A stretch of DNA of 64,000 nucleotides from Clostridia bacterium (GCA_030524345.1 JAUNGP010000008.1:1610-65609), one strand, 5' to 3'. Positions 18,177 through 27,365 are shown, counted from the first letter of the stretch. The notes: generated by a model not told the origin, from the letters alone. Made by a program: numbers and translations.

Positions 18177-19202
18177 ATGAGAAAAGGTGTATCTCTTGCA
18201 TCTTTAATGATTACCATTGTAATTATTATGTTACTTGCTACGACAGTAGCAATTTCTGCTAGTTCTAGTATCAATGATTCAAGAAAAATTAGTTTTGCTA
18301 CTGAGATTTCGTTTATTCAGGAGGCAGTGAATCATTATTATATGAAACATGGAAATATTCCTGTATTGGAAAAAATAGAAATGAATTTATCCACTTTAGA
18401 TGAAGAAAATAGATTAGAATTTAAGGGCGAGAATGTGAATAATGATATAGTTCAATTATATAGATTAGATCTACCAAGTCTTGGAAAGATAGATACTGTA
18501 TTTGGAAATGATGAAAAAGAAAGAGATTATTACGCGGTTTCTTTAGATACAAATAGAGTGTACTATGTTTTAGGACTTCATGTGGGTGAGAAGAACTATT
18601 ATAGCCTAACAGACGAGCTAAGAAGTATTATTCGATACTTTGATAATTCTTTAACAGATAACATTATATTTAGTAAATCTATCAGTAAATGGACAAATCA
18701 AAATATTGATGTACAGATACTGATTCCAAGTGAATATTCTAACATTAATATCGTTGTAAAACAAAGTGGTAATGTGATTTCTAATGTGTCAAATAGTATA
18801 TTGAATGGCAAATATCATCAATATATGATTGAAGGAATATCCGGAAATTATAATATTAGTGTATCATATTTAAAAAATAATGAGAATAAGAATATATCAT
18901 TTGTAGTAGATAATTATGATAATGAAAAACCAACATACCAAGTATCAGATCGAAAAAATTTAGACAATGGTGATGAAAGATATAGTTATATAGAACTGTA
19001 TGATGTTAATGATAATCTTAGTGGTATATCTAAAATGAAATATATGAAATCTGAAGTATCAGAGGGGGATATCAGAGAAAATGGTATTGATATTCAAGAC
19101 GGTATATTAGAACTTGATGATGACACAGAATATATTACAATATATATAGAAGATAATGCTGAAAATTATGACTATCGAGTGCTTGATGTTAGGGGGAAAT
19201 AA
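18177..19202 (+). CDS. pseudopilin-like protein with Ig-like C-terminal extension (paralog 2)
   Basis: MRKG-VSLASLMITIVIIMLLATT, HYYMKHGNIP, YYSLTDELR. C-terminal half has KWTNQNIDVQI, GNYNISVSY, DNEKP, YITIYIEDNAENY. AAGAGGTGA SD before ATG 18177. Confidence 0.6.
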   Translation: MRKGVSLASLMITIVIIMLLATTVAISASSSINDSRKISFATEISFIQEAVNHYYMKHGNIPVLEKIEMNLSTLDEENRLEFKGENVNNDIVQLYRLDLPSLGKIDTVFGNDEKERDYYAVSLDTNRVYYVLGLHVGEKNYYSLTDELRSIIRYFDNSLTDNIIFSKSISKWTNQNIDVQILIPSEYSNINIVVKQSGNVISNVSNSILNGKYHQYMIEGISGNYNISVSYLKNNENKNISFVVDNYDNEKPTYQVSDRKNLDNGDERYSYIELYDVNDNLSGISKMKYMKSEVSEGDIRENGIDIQDGILELDDDTEYITIYIEDNAENYDYRVLDVRGK

Positions 19203-20231
19203 ATGAGAAAGAAAAGTGGAATTAGTCTTGCTTCAGTGATGATTGTTACATTTCTTATTATCTTACTTACAACAACCATTACGATATCTGTAAGTAGAGT
19301 GTCTGAAAATGCGAAAAAATTATCATTTGCAAGCGAGTTAAATAGTTTACAGACTACAATAGATTCTTACTATTTAGCAAATAAGGAGTATCCAGTACTT
19401 GATGAAAGTATACTTTTAGATATTAGTAATGTAGAAGATCAAGAAATATTTAAAGAGGAAAATATTGTGAATAATAAAATTACTTTAAGTAAAATTGATT
19501 ATGATAAGATTCATTATATCAGTCTTCATTATGGAACAAATTTAAATGAGGGGGATATATATGGAGTATCATTGCTCACTGGGAAAGTATATTATGCTTC
19601 TGGTATGAGATTTGGAAATATGATATATTATACATTAAATGAGGAGTTAAAGACTTTACTTGCTAGTGGAAGAAATAGTAGTATTTATGAAAATCATATG
19701 GTGATTTTTACTCCATCTGAAATTAAATGGACAAATCATGAAATACAAGTAGATGTAAAGGTACCTAAAAAGTTTACAAATATCTCTGTTATTTCAGGAG
19801 TTGATAGTTATTCCTTGAGCCAAGAGGATGAAAATTATGATATATATCGTGTAAGCAAAAAAGGAAATTATACAGTTGAAGTAACATATTTTGATGAGAA
19901 TGGAAAGCAGAAACATGCTATTTATGATGTAAAGAATTTTGATGATCAAAAACCAGTATTAGAAATCGACTCTCATGTAACTTTAAATGAGGAATACAAT
20001 CATGAAACATATGGTTATTATACAATCATAAAGGCAGAAGATAATGATAGTGGAGTAAAAGAGATAAAATATGAATATGGAAAGATTGAGAATCATGTTA
20101 ACTATTATTTTAAAACAAATGGTAACTTAGTAAAAGATAACAGAATTATTATAAAGAGAGGATATGAGTATATAACAGTTTATATAGAAGACAATGCAGG
20201 AAATTATAATATAGAATATCTCAAAATATAA
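19203..20231 (+). CDS. pseudopilin-like protein with Ig-like C-terminal extension (paralog 3)
   Basis: MRKKSG-ISLASVMIVTFLIILLTTT, SYYLANKEYP, YYTLNEELK. C-terminal KWTNHEIQVDV, GNYTVEVTY, DDQKP, DNDSGVKEIKY, YITVYIEDNAGNY. The ATG abuts the previous stop. Confidence 0.6.
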   Translation: MRKKSGISLASVMIVTFLIILLTTTITISVSRVSENAKKLSFASELNSLQTTIDSYYLANKEYPVLDESILLDISNVEDQEIFKEENIVNNKITLSKIDYDKIHYISLHYGTNLNEGDIYGVSLLTGKVYYASGMRFGNMIYYTLNEELKTLLASGRNSSIYENHMVIFTPSEIKWTNHEIQVDVKVPKKFTNISVISGVDSYSLSQEDENYDIYRVSKKGNYTVEVTYFDENGKQKHAIYDVKNFDDQKPVLEIDSHVTLNEEYNHETYGYYTIIKAEDNDSGVKEIKYEYGKIENHVNYYFKTNGNLVKDNRIIIKRGYEYITVYIEDNAGNYNIEYLKI

Positions 20232-20232
20232 A

Positions 20233-20254
20233 GACCAAGCTTTTAAGCTTGGTC
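20233..20254. terminator. bidirectional hairpin terminator
   Basis: GACCAAGCTT (20233-20242) pairs with AAGCTTGGTC (20245-20254). Lies between convergent genes and overlaps the 3' end of 20243..20698. Confidence 0.55.
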
Positions 20255-20698
20255 CTTGTCTTTCTCATTTGCTTTCTTAATTAAATTATCAAGACACATA
20301 TGAGCACTACTTTGGGGAATAGAAATCAGATGCCGTTCGGCAGGTGAAAATAACCTGTTATAAAATTTTGTGTCATGATCAATATTGTTTAGCTCTATTT
20401 GAAGTCTTGCAATGCTTATATCGCAATTTTCATCAAAATGCCGTTCTACAATTTTATTTGCTATGCTGTCATATTGATCAAGTATCCGATTTAATATTTT
20501 AAAGGATTTTAGGTTATATAACGAGATAGTTGATATCATGAGACAGAAAATAGAAATAATAAGATAAAGAGGACCTAATCTGTTTTGTGTGATAATGCAT
20601 AAAGTAAATAAAATTAAGAGCTCTATTAAAAAGACGACCATACAACTTAGGGTTAGTTTTGTTTTTCCATCGTATCTGATTTTGATTTTAAGATTCAT
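20243..20698 (-). CDS. hypothetical two-TM membrane protein
   Basis: GAAGGAGGAG SD. Two hydrophobic helices followed by a soluble tail. No motif recognised. Confidence 0.55.
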   Translation of the reverse strand: MNLKIKIRYDGKTKLTLSCMVVFLIELLILFTLCIITQNRLGPLYLIISIFCLMISTISLYNLKSFKILNRILDQYDSIANKIVERHFDENCDISIARLQIELNNIDHDTKFYNRLFSPAERHLISIPQSSAHMCLDNLIKKANEKDKDQA

Positions 20699-20925
20699 TT
20701 TCTCCTCCTTCTTAAACCATGAATATAGTTAGTTCATGAAATCCTCTAGTTTTCTAGATTAATAGTAAAAAATCGCTATTATTATACCATAGAATCATAA
20801 TTATGTCAATTGTTTGACGAATCTGATATAATGGAAGCAAATTAAAAAAATACTTATTTTTTGTTATCTTAAGAAATGGAATATCGTTATATGAGGTATA
20901 AAGAGTTTATGTATGGGAGGGTGAA

Positions 20926-21450
20926 ATGAGCATTGATTATTTAGTAGAAAAATATAGTAAGCTAGTATATAAAATATGTTATGATATGCTTAAAAACGCT
21001 CTTGATGCAGAAGATATCACTCAGGAAGTATATGTCAGCTTATATCTTAATTTCGATAGATATGGTATTTTAGAAGAAAATGAGATCAAAAATATCATTT
21101 GTAAGATAGCATTGAACAAATGTAAAGATGTACTGAAAAGTAAAGCAAAAAAATTAGAGAATATGACAATGGATGGTGTACTTGTATTGGAAAATTTTAT
21201 TGATCATGATAGTGTAGAGCAAGAGGTAATAAAAATAGAAAATAAAAAAATGATACAAGAATTAATAAACAGTTTAAAACATCCATATAAAGAGATTTTG
21301 AATGATTATTATATAGAGGAATATTCATTAGATAATATTGCTAGTAAAATGAATGTTACGAAAGGAACATTAAAAATGCAACTTTATCGAGGTAAAAAGA
21401 TTTTAAAAGAAAAACTAGAAGAGTTTAAAGGAGGAGATTACTATGATTGA
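20926..21450 (+). CDS. ECF-type RNA polymerase sigma-70 family factor
   Basis: Region 2 pattern (LVYKICYDML...AEDITQEVYVSLY) and region 4 HTH (YSLDNIASKMNVTKGTLKMQLYRGKKIL). 174 aa. Confidence 0.8.
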   Translation: MSIDYLVEKYSKLVYKICYDMLKNALDAEDITQEVYVSLYLNFDRYGILEENEIKNIICKIALNKCKDVLKSKAKKLENMTMDGVLVLENFIDHDSVEQEVIKIENKKMIQELINSLKHPYKEILNDYYIEEYSLDNIASKMNVTKGTLKMQLYRGKKILKEKLEEFKGGDYYD

Positions 21451-21814
21451 TGATAAAATAAATGAAATTGATAAATTACTAGATGATGATAGTTTATTAA
21501 ACGATTATGTAAGTATGATTGATAATAGTAATGTTGAAATTCCAAGTGGACTTGAAAGTAGAATCTTAAATGGAATCAAAGTAAGGCGTATAAACAAACA
21601 ATACCAGTCTAACAAGTTTGTTGATATATTAAAAATTGTTGCATGTACAGTTGTAGCTATATGTATATGGAATTCTAGTATCCCTAGCAATATCTGTTAT
21701 GCAACAAGTAAGAATATCAAAAGAAGTGATGTTTATACGAAATTTGACAGTGTTATAAGTGATATAAATGCTTTCTTTATGACACCTATTAAATTAGAAA
21801 GGAGAGAAAAATAA
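21443..21814 (+). CDS. putative single-pass anti-sigma factor
   Basis: 8-nt overlap with the sigma gene (ATG at 21443, stop at 21448-21450). One TM (ILKIVACTVVAICIW). Function inferred from position only. Confidence 0.45.
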   Translation: MIDDKINEIDKLLDDDSLLNDYVSMIDNSNVEIPSGLESRILNGIKVRRINKQYQSNKFVDILKIVACTVVAICIWNSSIPSNICYATSKNIKRSDVYTKFDSVISDINAFFMTPIKLERREK

Positions 21815-22314
21815 TGAAAAAGAACTTGTTTTTTACATTCTGTTTTAGCTTTATACCTGGTGCTGGTCAAATGTATCAAGGATATATGAAAAGAGGAGGG
21901 TCTATATTAATAGTTCTTACACTTTTTTGCATGTTAACTGTTATTATTTCAACACCAATTATGATGTTTCCAATCATGGCACTCTTTGCATATAGTTTTT
22001 TTGATACTTTTAACGTAAGAAATAGAATAGGGACAGATAAAGAAGTAATAGATGACTATATTTGGAACAATAAAGATATGATTGATCTAAAATCAAAATT
22101 TAATATGTCTAAAAGGCACACATTTTTTGGTATTATTTTAATTATATTTGGTGCATATATTTTACTGAATTCAGTGATTGTAGATTTAGCATATAGTATA
22201 CCAGCACTAAGAATATTTGCTAGTTTACTTTCTAATTATTTACCACCAATCGTAATTGCAGTAATCTGCATCTATATTGGTATAAAATTTATTTCAAAAA
22301 AGGAAGAAAAATAG
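21814..22314 (+). CDS. membrane protein (N-terminal IPGAGQMYQGYMKRG motif)
   Basis: TAATG overlap with the previous gene. Four hydrophobic segments. Family not identified. Confidence 0.5.
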   Translation: MKKNLFFTFCFSFIPGAGQMYQGYMKRGGSILIVLTLFCMLTVIISTPIMMFPIMALFAYSFFDTFNVRNRIGTDKEVIDDYIWNNKDMIDLKSKFNMSKRHTFFGIILIIFGAYILLNSVIVDLAYSIPALRIFASLLSNYLPPIVIAVICIYIGIKFISKKEEK

Positions 22315-22323
22315 GTGATGTTT

Positions 22324-22977
22324 ATGGAAAATAATGATATAAAAAAGATAGGTAGAAACACCTTTGGAATTACTTTTATTATTGTAGGAATTGCGATTAT
22401 CTTACAATTATTTATCAAGTACGATATATTCAAATATGCAATGCTTATGTGGCCAGTAGTCTTAATTCTGCTTGGAATTGAAATATTATACTATTCACAT
22501 AAAAAAGATATTACAATAAAATATGATGGAATTGGAATATTTTTAACATTTTTGGTAATTATTTTTGGAAGTATTTTTAGTATTGTTAATCTTGGAATAA
22601 TGAGACTTACAGAAAGTAAATTCTTATTTAATAGGCCACTTGAATATAGTTATGCAAAGTATTTTAATGTGGAAGAAATAGAATTAAAGATTATGAATCT
22701 ATCAGAGGATAATATTAATGTAGTAGTAAAAGAAGAAAAAGGATTAGACATGACAAGAGTAGATATTAAAATTGAGTCCAAAGATGAAAAAATTAGTAAT
22801 TTAAGAGAGCTTTTTGATGATAATAGCATATATGAATTTATCACTGTCAATTCGTATAATGACAATAGTATAGAAATATATAATTATCCAGATTGGGTAA
22901 AAAAGGTTAGTATAACAGTGTATACTCCAAATAAGGAGAAAGTAAAATGTACTGGTAGTATTAACTTAAAAGACTAA
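22324..22977 (+). CDS. membrane protein with C-terminal beta-rich domain (LiaF/LiaG-like, tentative)
   Basis: Three N-terminal TM helices, then a soluble domain. ATG 22324 lies 7 nt after AGGTGA; 22315 and 22318 are alternative starts. Confidence 0.45.
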   Translation: MENNDIKKIGRNTFGITFIIVGIAIILQLFIKYDIFKYAMLMWPVVLILLGIEILYYSHKKDITIKYDGIGIFLTFLVIIFGSIFSIVNLGIMRLTESKFLFNRPLEYSYAKYFNVEEIELKIMNLSEDNINVVVKEEKGLDMTRVDIKIESKDEKISNLRELFDDNSIYEFITVNSYNDNSIEIYNYPDWVKKVSITVYTPNKEKVKCTGSINLKD

Positions 22978-23022
22978 ATTGTATGCAAATCCCATAATAT
23001 AAATATCATAAGAGTAAGTAGT

Positions 23023-23736
23023 TTATTGACTACTTACTTTTATGATATGAAAGCCATAATTTTTAGCTTTATTGATACAGTCTTCATTATTAAAATGCAT
23101 ACAATATATCTTTTTCCTATGTTCTTCTGGAACAGTATTTGCAAGTAAATCAACATTTAAATGTACTGGTAGAGAGGAAGTATTTGTATCTACATAGATC
23201 CTATCAATCTCATCGATTCTGTTTAGTAATGATTTTAATACTGTAATATCATTTGTATCTCCTGTATAAAATATTTCTCCATTTTCTGTATCAAATCTAA
23301 TAGCATAACTAATAAGCTGTGGGCAATGTGTTATTTCTTGATATCTTACTGCTTTAAAAGCTTTAAATTGATTATCTAAAATATCAGGCGTTTCTAAATA
23401 ATACATATGCTCTTCTAATCCGAATATTCTAAGAAGTGTTTTCATATCTTCTTTTATTTTACTATGGTAATCTAATACGATATGTATTTTTTGATTAAAA
23501 GTTAAAAAATAGTAATTTGCAAGTGTTCCGATACTTCCTATATGATCAGAATGTGTATGAGTTACAAGTACATATACATGATCGATACCATCTAGTAGAT
23601 GATACATATTAAGTCTTTCATATACAGTTTCACCACAGTCGATCAAAAGAATAGAGTTTCCTTCAATGATATATGCAGAGTTACTTCCCTCTAATACATT
23701 AAAAGCAGAGCCTCTACCTAAAAAGTTTAATTCCAT
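23023..23736 (-). CDS. MBL-fold metallo-hydrolase
   Basis: HTHSDH motif (VTHTHSDHIGS) and N-terminal LGRGSAF. The ATG at 23736 has a GGTGA SD. Confidence 0.75.
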   Translation of the reverse strand: MELNFLGRGSAFNVLEGSNSAYIIEGNSILLIDCGETVYERLNMYHLLDGIDHVYVLVTHTHSDHIGSIGTLANYYFLTFNQKIHIVLDYHSKIKEDMKTLLRIFGLEEHMYYLETPDILDNQFKAFKAVRYQEITHCPQLISYAIRFDTENGEIFYTGDTNDITVLKSLLNRIDEIDRIYVDTNTSSLPVHLNVDLLANTVPEEHRKKIYCMHFNNEDCINKAKNYGFHIIKVSSQ

Positions 23737-23790
23737 AATGATCACCAAGAATATTATATCAAAAAAATCTTAAACATACAATAAAATATA

Positions 23791-23819
23791 TTGACAAAAA
23801 AATGCTGATATGGTAACAT
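23791..23819 (+). promoter_or_regulatory. promoter of arsR-cadA operon
   Basis: TTGACA (23791-23796), 17 nt, TAACAT (23814-23819). Confidence 0.5.
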
Positions 23820-23830
23820 ATTAATTGAAC

Positions 23831-23850
23831 ATGTGAATATATTTTCACAT
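23831..23850 (+). promoter_or_regulatory. candidate ArsR/SmtB operator (7-6-7 inverted repeat)
   Basis: ATGTGAA (23831-23837), TATATT, TTCACAT (23844-23850), just downstream of the -10 element. Confidence 0.45.
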
Positions 23851-23865
23851 AATAGGAGGGGAAAT

Positions 23866-24225
23866 ATGAAAGAATATAAAGGGGAATATAGAATAATTCA
23901 TGAAAGTAATAATATAAATGATATTACTGAACATATTCCAAGTGAAGAAAAATTAGAGAGAATATCTGAAATTTTTAAAATTTTAGGAGATCAAACAAGA
24001 ATCAAAATAATGTATAGTATTTTAAAAACGGAGCTTTGTGTTTGTGATATAGCAGAAGCAATTGATATGACACCATCTGCTGTGTCACATCAGTTGAGAA
24101 ATTTAAAACAATTAAGACTTGTTAGTGCAAGAAGATCCGGAAAAGAAATATACTATTCACTGGCTGATGAACATGTAGAAGAATTATTTGATATTGCATT
24201 AGAACATATTGAGGAGGAAAAATAA
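23866..24225 (+). CDS. ArsR/SmtB family metal-responsive repressor (CadC-like)
   Basis: HTH segment ELCVCDIAEAIDMTPSAVSHQLRNLKQLRLV. ATG 23866 follows AGGAGGGG. Confidence 0.85.
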   Translation: MKEYKGEYRIIHESNNINDITEHIPSEEKLERISEIFKILGDQTRIKIMYSILKTELCVCDIAEAIDMTPSAVSHQLRNLKQLRLVSARRSGKEIYYSLADEHVEELFDIALEHIEEEK

Positions 24226-24228
24226 TAT

Positions 24229-26121
24229 ATGGGAGATTGCTGTTTACATGATGAACATAATCATTGTCATGAGCATGAACATGAAGAGTCAAATTTAGTA
24301 GAATATATTTTTACAGTCATAGGTATTTTATTTTTTATAGTAGCTATATTGATACAAAATAATAACATATCATTTTATCTATATTTACTAAGTTATCTTT
24401 TGATTGGGTATAAAATTATATGGAATGCTATTAAAAGGTTATTTAAAAAGGATATGTTTGATGAAAATTTTATCATGACCATTGCAACGATTGGTGCTTT
24501 TGCTATTGGTGAATATAAAGAGGCAATCGCTGTACTATTATTTTATAAAGTTGGTGAATTCTTACAAGACAAAGCTGTTGAAAATTCTAAAAAGAAAATA
24601 AAAGGGATTTTGGATATGCGAGCTGAATATGCTAATTTAAAAAAGGGCGATGATATTCAAAGAGTAGATCCTAAGAAAGTAAGTATTGGAGATACTATTG
24701 TTGTAAAAACAGGTGAAAAAGTTCCTTTAGATGGGGTAATCATTTATGGAAATACTGAACTTGATATGTCTTCTTTAAGTGGAGAGAGTATCCCAAAAAA
24801 CGTGAAAGAAAAGGATGAAGTATTGTCTGGTTCTGTCAATATTGGAGGAGTCATAGAGATAGAGGTAACTAGTAGTTTTGAAAATTCAACCGTATCTCAA
24901 ATAATTGATTTAATAGAAAATGCCACATCTAAAAAATCTAAAACAGAAAAATTTATTACCAGATTTGCAAAAGTGTATACTCCTATTGTGACTTTACTTG
25001 CTATTTTCATATTAATTCTTTTACCTTTGGTATTTCAATTATCTTTTTCAGAGGCCTTAACAAGAGCTTGTACTTTTTTAGTTGTATCTTGTCCTTGCGC
25101 GCTTGTTATATCTGTACCACTTGGATTTTTTGTGGGGATTGGAACATGTAGTAAAAATGGAATTTTAATAAAAGGTAGCAATTATTTGGATATTTTAAAT
25201 CAAGTAGATGCAATTGTTTTTGATAAAACTGGTACGCTCACAAAAGGAGTATTTAAAGTTACAAAAACAGAAAGCCTAAGTGAAAAATATTCAAAGGAAC
25301 AGGTTTTAGAATATATTGCTCATTTGGAATATTTTTCTAATCATTATATTGCAAAATCAGTTATGAATTCTTTTGATGGAAAAATGGATGTAAAAAGGGT
25401 AACATCTCACGAAGAAATTGCAGGATTTGGTATTGTTGCAACTATGGATAATAAATCTGTTATTTGCGGAAACAAGAAACTGATGAAAAAGGAGAAGATT
25501 GAACTTCCTACCATGGAAGAGGAAGGAACAATTATTTATTTAGCAGTTGATAACAGTTTAATAGGTTATGCCATACTTTCTGATGAGATAAAAGAAGATA
25601 GCATATTACTAGTAGAAAAATTAAATAAATTAGGAAAATACGATGTATATATGCTTACAGGTGATAATCAAAAGACAGCAGAAAATATTGCTAGAAAATT
25701 GAACATACAAAAAGTATTTTCTGAACTTTTGCCAAATGATAAAGCTAAAATATTAGAAGAGATTAAAAAGGATCATCAAAAAGTAATGTATGTAGGTGAT
25801 GGAATCAATGATAGTCCAGTACTTGCATTGGCAGATGTGGGAGTATCAATGGGAAAAGGATCTGATATTGCAATTGAAACTTCTGATATGGTTCTTATGA
25901 CCGATAGTCCTATTAAGATCATAGATTCAATAAAAATTTCAAGGAAAACAAAGAAAATTGTTAGTGAAAATATAGCATTTGCACTTTTGATAAAAGTATT
26001 GTTTTTGATATTTAGTGGATTTGGAATAGTAGGAATGTGGTTTGCGGTTTTTGCAGATGTTGGTGTTGCTTTAATTGCAATTCTTAATTCCCTAAGAATC
26101 TTTAGATTTAAAAATAGATAA
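24229..26121 (+). CDS. cadA: P1B-type heavy-metal (Cd/Zn/Co-type) translocating ATPase
   Basis: Motifs SCPCALV (CPC), DKTGTLT and GDGINDSP. His/Cys-rich N-terminus CCLHDEHNHCHEHEHEE in place of an HMA domain. Confidence 0.85.
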   Translation: MGDCCLHDEHNHCHEHEHEESNLVEYIFTVIGILFFIVAILIQNNNISFYLYLLSYLLIGYKIIWNAIKRLFKKDMFDENFIMTIATIGAFAIGEYKEAIAVLLFYKVGEFLQDKAVENSKKKIKGILDMRAEYANLKKGDDIQRVDPKKVSIGDTIVVKTGEKVPLDGVIIYGNTELDMSSLSGESIPKNVKEKDEVLSGSVNIGGVIEIEVTSSFENSTVSQIIDLIENATSKKSKTEKFITRFAKVYTPIVTLLAIFILILLPLVFQLSFSEALTRACTFLVVSCPCALVISVPLGFFVGIGTCSKNGILIKGSNYLDILNQVDAIVFDKTGTLTKGVFKVTKTESLSEKYSKEQVLEYIAHLEYFSNHYIAKSVMNSFDGKMDVKRVTSHEEIAGFGIVATMDNKSVICGNKKLMKKEKIELPTMEEEGTIIYLAVDNSLIGYAILSDEIKEDSILLVEKLNKLGKYDVYMLTGDNQKTAENIARKLNIQKVFSELLPNDKAKILEEIKKDHQKVMYVGDGINDSPVLALADVGVSMGKGSDIAIETSDMVLMTDSPIKIIDSIKISRKTKKIVSENIAFALLIKVLFLIFSGFGIVGMWFAVFADVGVALIAILNSLRIFRFKNR

Positions 26122-26136
26122 TAAAAAATCCTATGA

Positions 26137-26850
26137 CTATTCATAGGATTTTTCAGCTGGTGTCATATGAGGATATATTACTTTCATAGTATTATCATCG
26201 TAATATTCATCATAGAATTCTTTTATGATGTTATTCGCTGGGATATTTTCTCTCCTTTCTTGCCATCTTAAAACAGCATAAGAAGAAAATATAACATCAA
26301 TTGATACAATAATACTTAAAATGATAGTCAATGTCCTTCCAATTTTGTTTGGAATACTTTCAATTTTTGAGGATAAAAAAGGATAAATGAGTCTTATCCA
26401 AGCAATTCCTAAAACTCCCCAAAATATTGAATATACAAGACTAGTTCTTCCAAATATGCCAAAAGTATCTTCATAGTATTGCCAAGAAACAGTACCAAAT
26501 ACTAATTCTTGAAAAAAGCTACAAAGCCATTCAAAAGTTCCCCCAGCAATCATGCAACCTACGAAGATAAATAGATTACTCTTTTTTTCAAACTTGATAA
26601 ATAGTAGTGATATTAGTATGGCTCCAAGACCATATACAGGATTTAGTGGTTCTAATATCAATGCAGTTCTACTTTCAAAAAATCCATTTGTTATTCTACA
26701 CCAGATTGTTTCTACAATGACACCTGCTAAGCATCCTATATAAAATATCCAAAAAATTTTATAAAAATTAAAGCCATGTGCAAAAGAAATTTCTTCTTTT
26801 TCAGTTTCTATACTATTTATTTTTGCGTTTGAAGCTATATTATTATCCAT
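26137..26850 (-). CDS. multipass membrane protein, PF06541/DUF1113-like (paralog type 2)
   Basis: FNFYKIFWIF..., LEPLNPVYGLGA, GTVSWQYY. Similar in layout and motifs to 41062..41727. Family name recalled, not searched. Confidence 0.55.
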   Translation of the reverse strand: MDNNIASNAKINSIETEKEEISFAHGFNFYKIFWIFYIGCLAGVIVETIWCRITNGFFESRTALILEPLNPVYGLGAILISLLFIKFEKKSNLFIFVGCMIAGGTFEWLCSFFQELVFGTVSWQYYEDTFGIFGRTSLVYSIFWGVLGIAWIRLIYPFLSSKIESIPNKIGRTLTIILSIIVSIDVIFSSYAVLRWQERRENIPANNIIKEFYDEYYDDNTMKVIYPHMTPAEKSYE

Positions 26851-26952
26851 AATTTTGCTCCTTTGTTTACATACTATTATTTTACATTATTATATGACAA
26901 AATACAACATTTTTCTACAAATAATACAGTTTTGTAAGATAAGAAAACATGG

Positions 26953-26981
26953 TTGACGTAAAAGGGAAAAAATGGTATAAT
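26953..26981 (+). promoter_or_regulatory. sigma-A promoter with extended -10
   Basis: TTGACG (26953-26958), 17 nt, TGgTATAAT (26973-26981). Confidence 0.6.
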
Positions 26982-27020
26982 ATAGCGAAAAAATAAAAAA
27001 GTAAAAGGAGATTTCTCGAT

Positions 27021-27365
27021 ATGGTATTAGTAAAAGAACGATTGGAAAATTTAGAGAGGGAGTATACTTATGATGAAATTGCTGCTGTATATAATAAGCT
27101 GAATCATAATAGAAGATTAGGGCCTGGTATTGCAAAGCAGATGGAAAAAAGAGATGAGACTTCATTTTGTGAATTCATTGCTAAAAAGCTTTCCGAAAAA
27201 TATACAGGATCAGAAAAATTTGATTTGGACTTTAAAGAAGAGGCAGAAGAGGTATATGCGATATTTAGTAAAGGACCAGCAAATATTTCTTTACAGGAGT
27301 TTTTCTATAAAATGCCAGATGAAATTCATAATAGGTGTATGAAAGTAGCAGAAAGATTAAAGTAA
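27021..27365 (+). CDS. hypothetical protein
   Basis: AAAGGAG SD. 114-aa ORF followed by a terminator. No motif recognised. Confidence 0.5.
   Translation: MVLVKERLENLEREYTYDEIAAVYNKLNHNRRLGPGIAKQMEKRDETSFCEFIAKKLSEKYTGSEKFDLDFKEEAEEVYAIFSKGPANISLQEFFYKMPDEIHNRCMKVAERLK

Noticed and set aside
27130-27342. 70-aa plus-strand ORF in an alternative frame of 27021..27365.
   Set aside because: It is nested in the longer ORF, which has a strong SD and sits between a promoter and a terminator. The nested ORF has no SD of its own.
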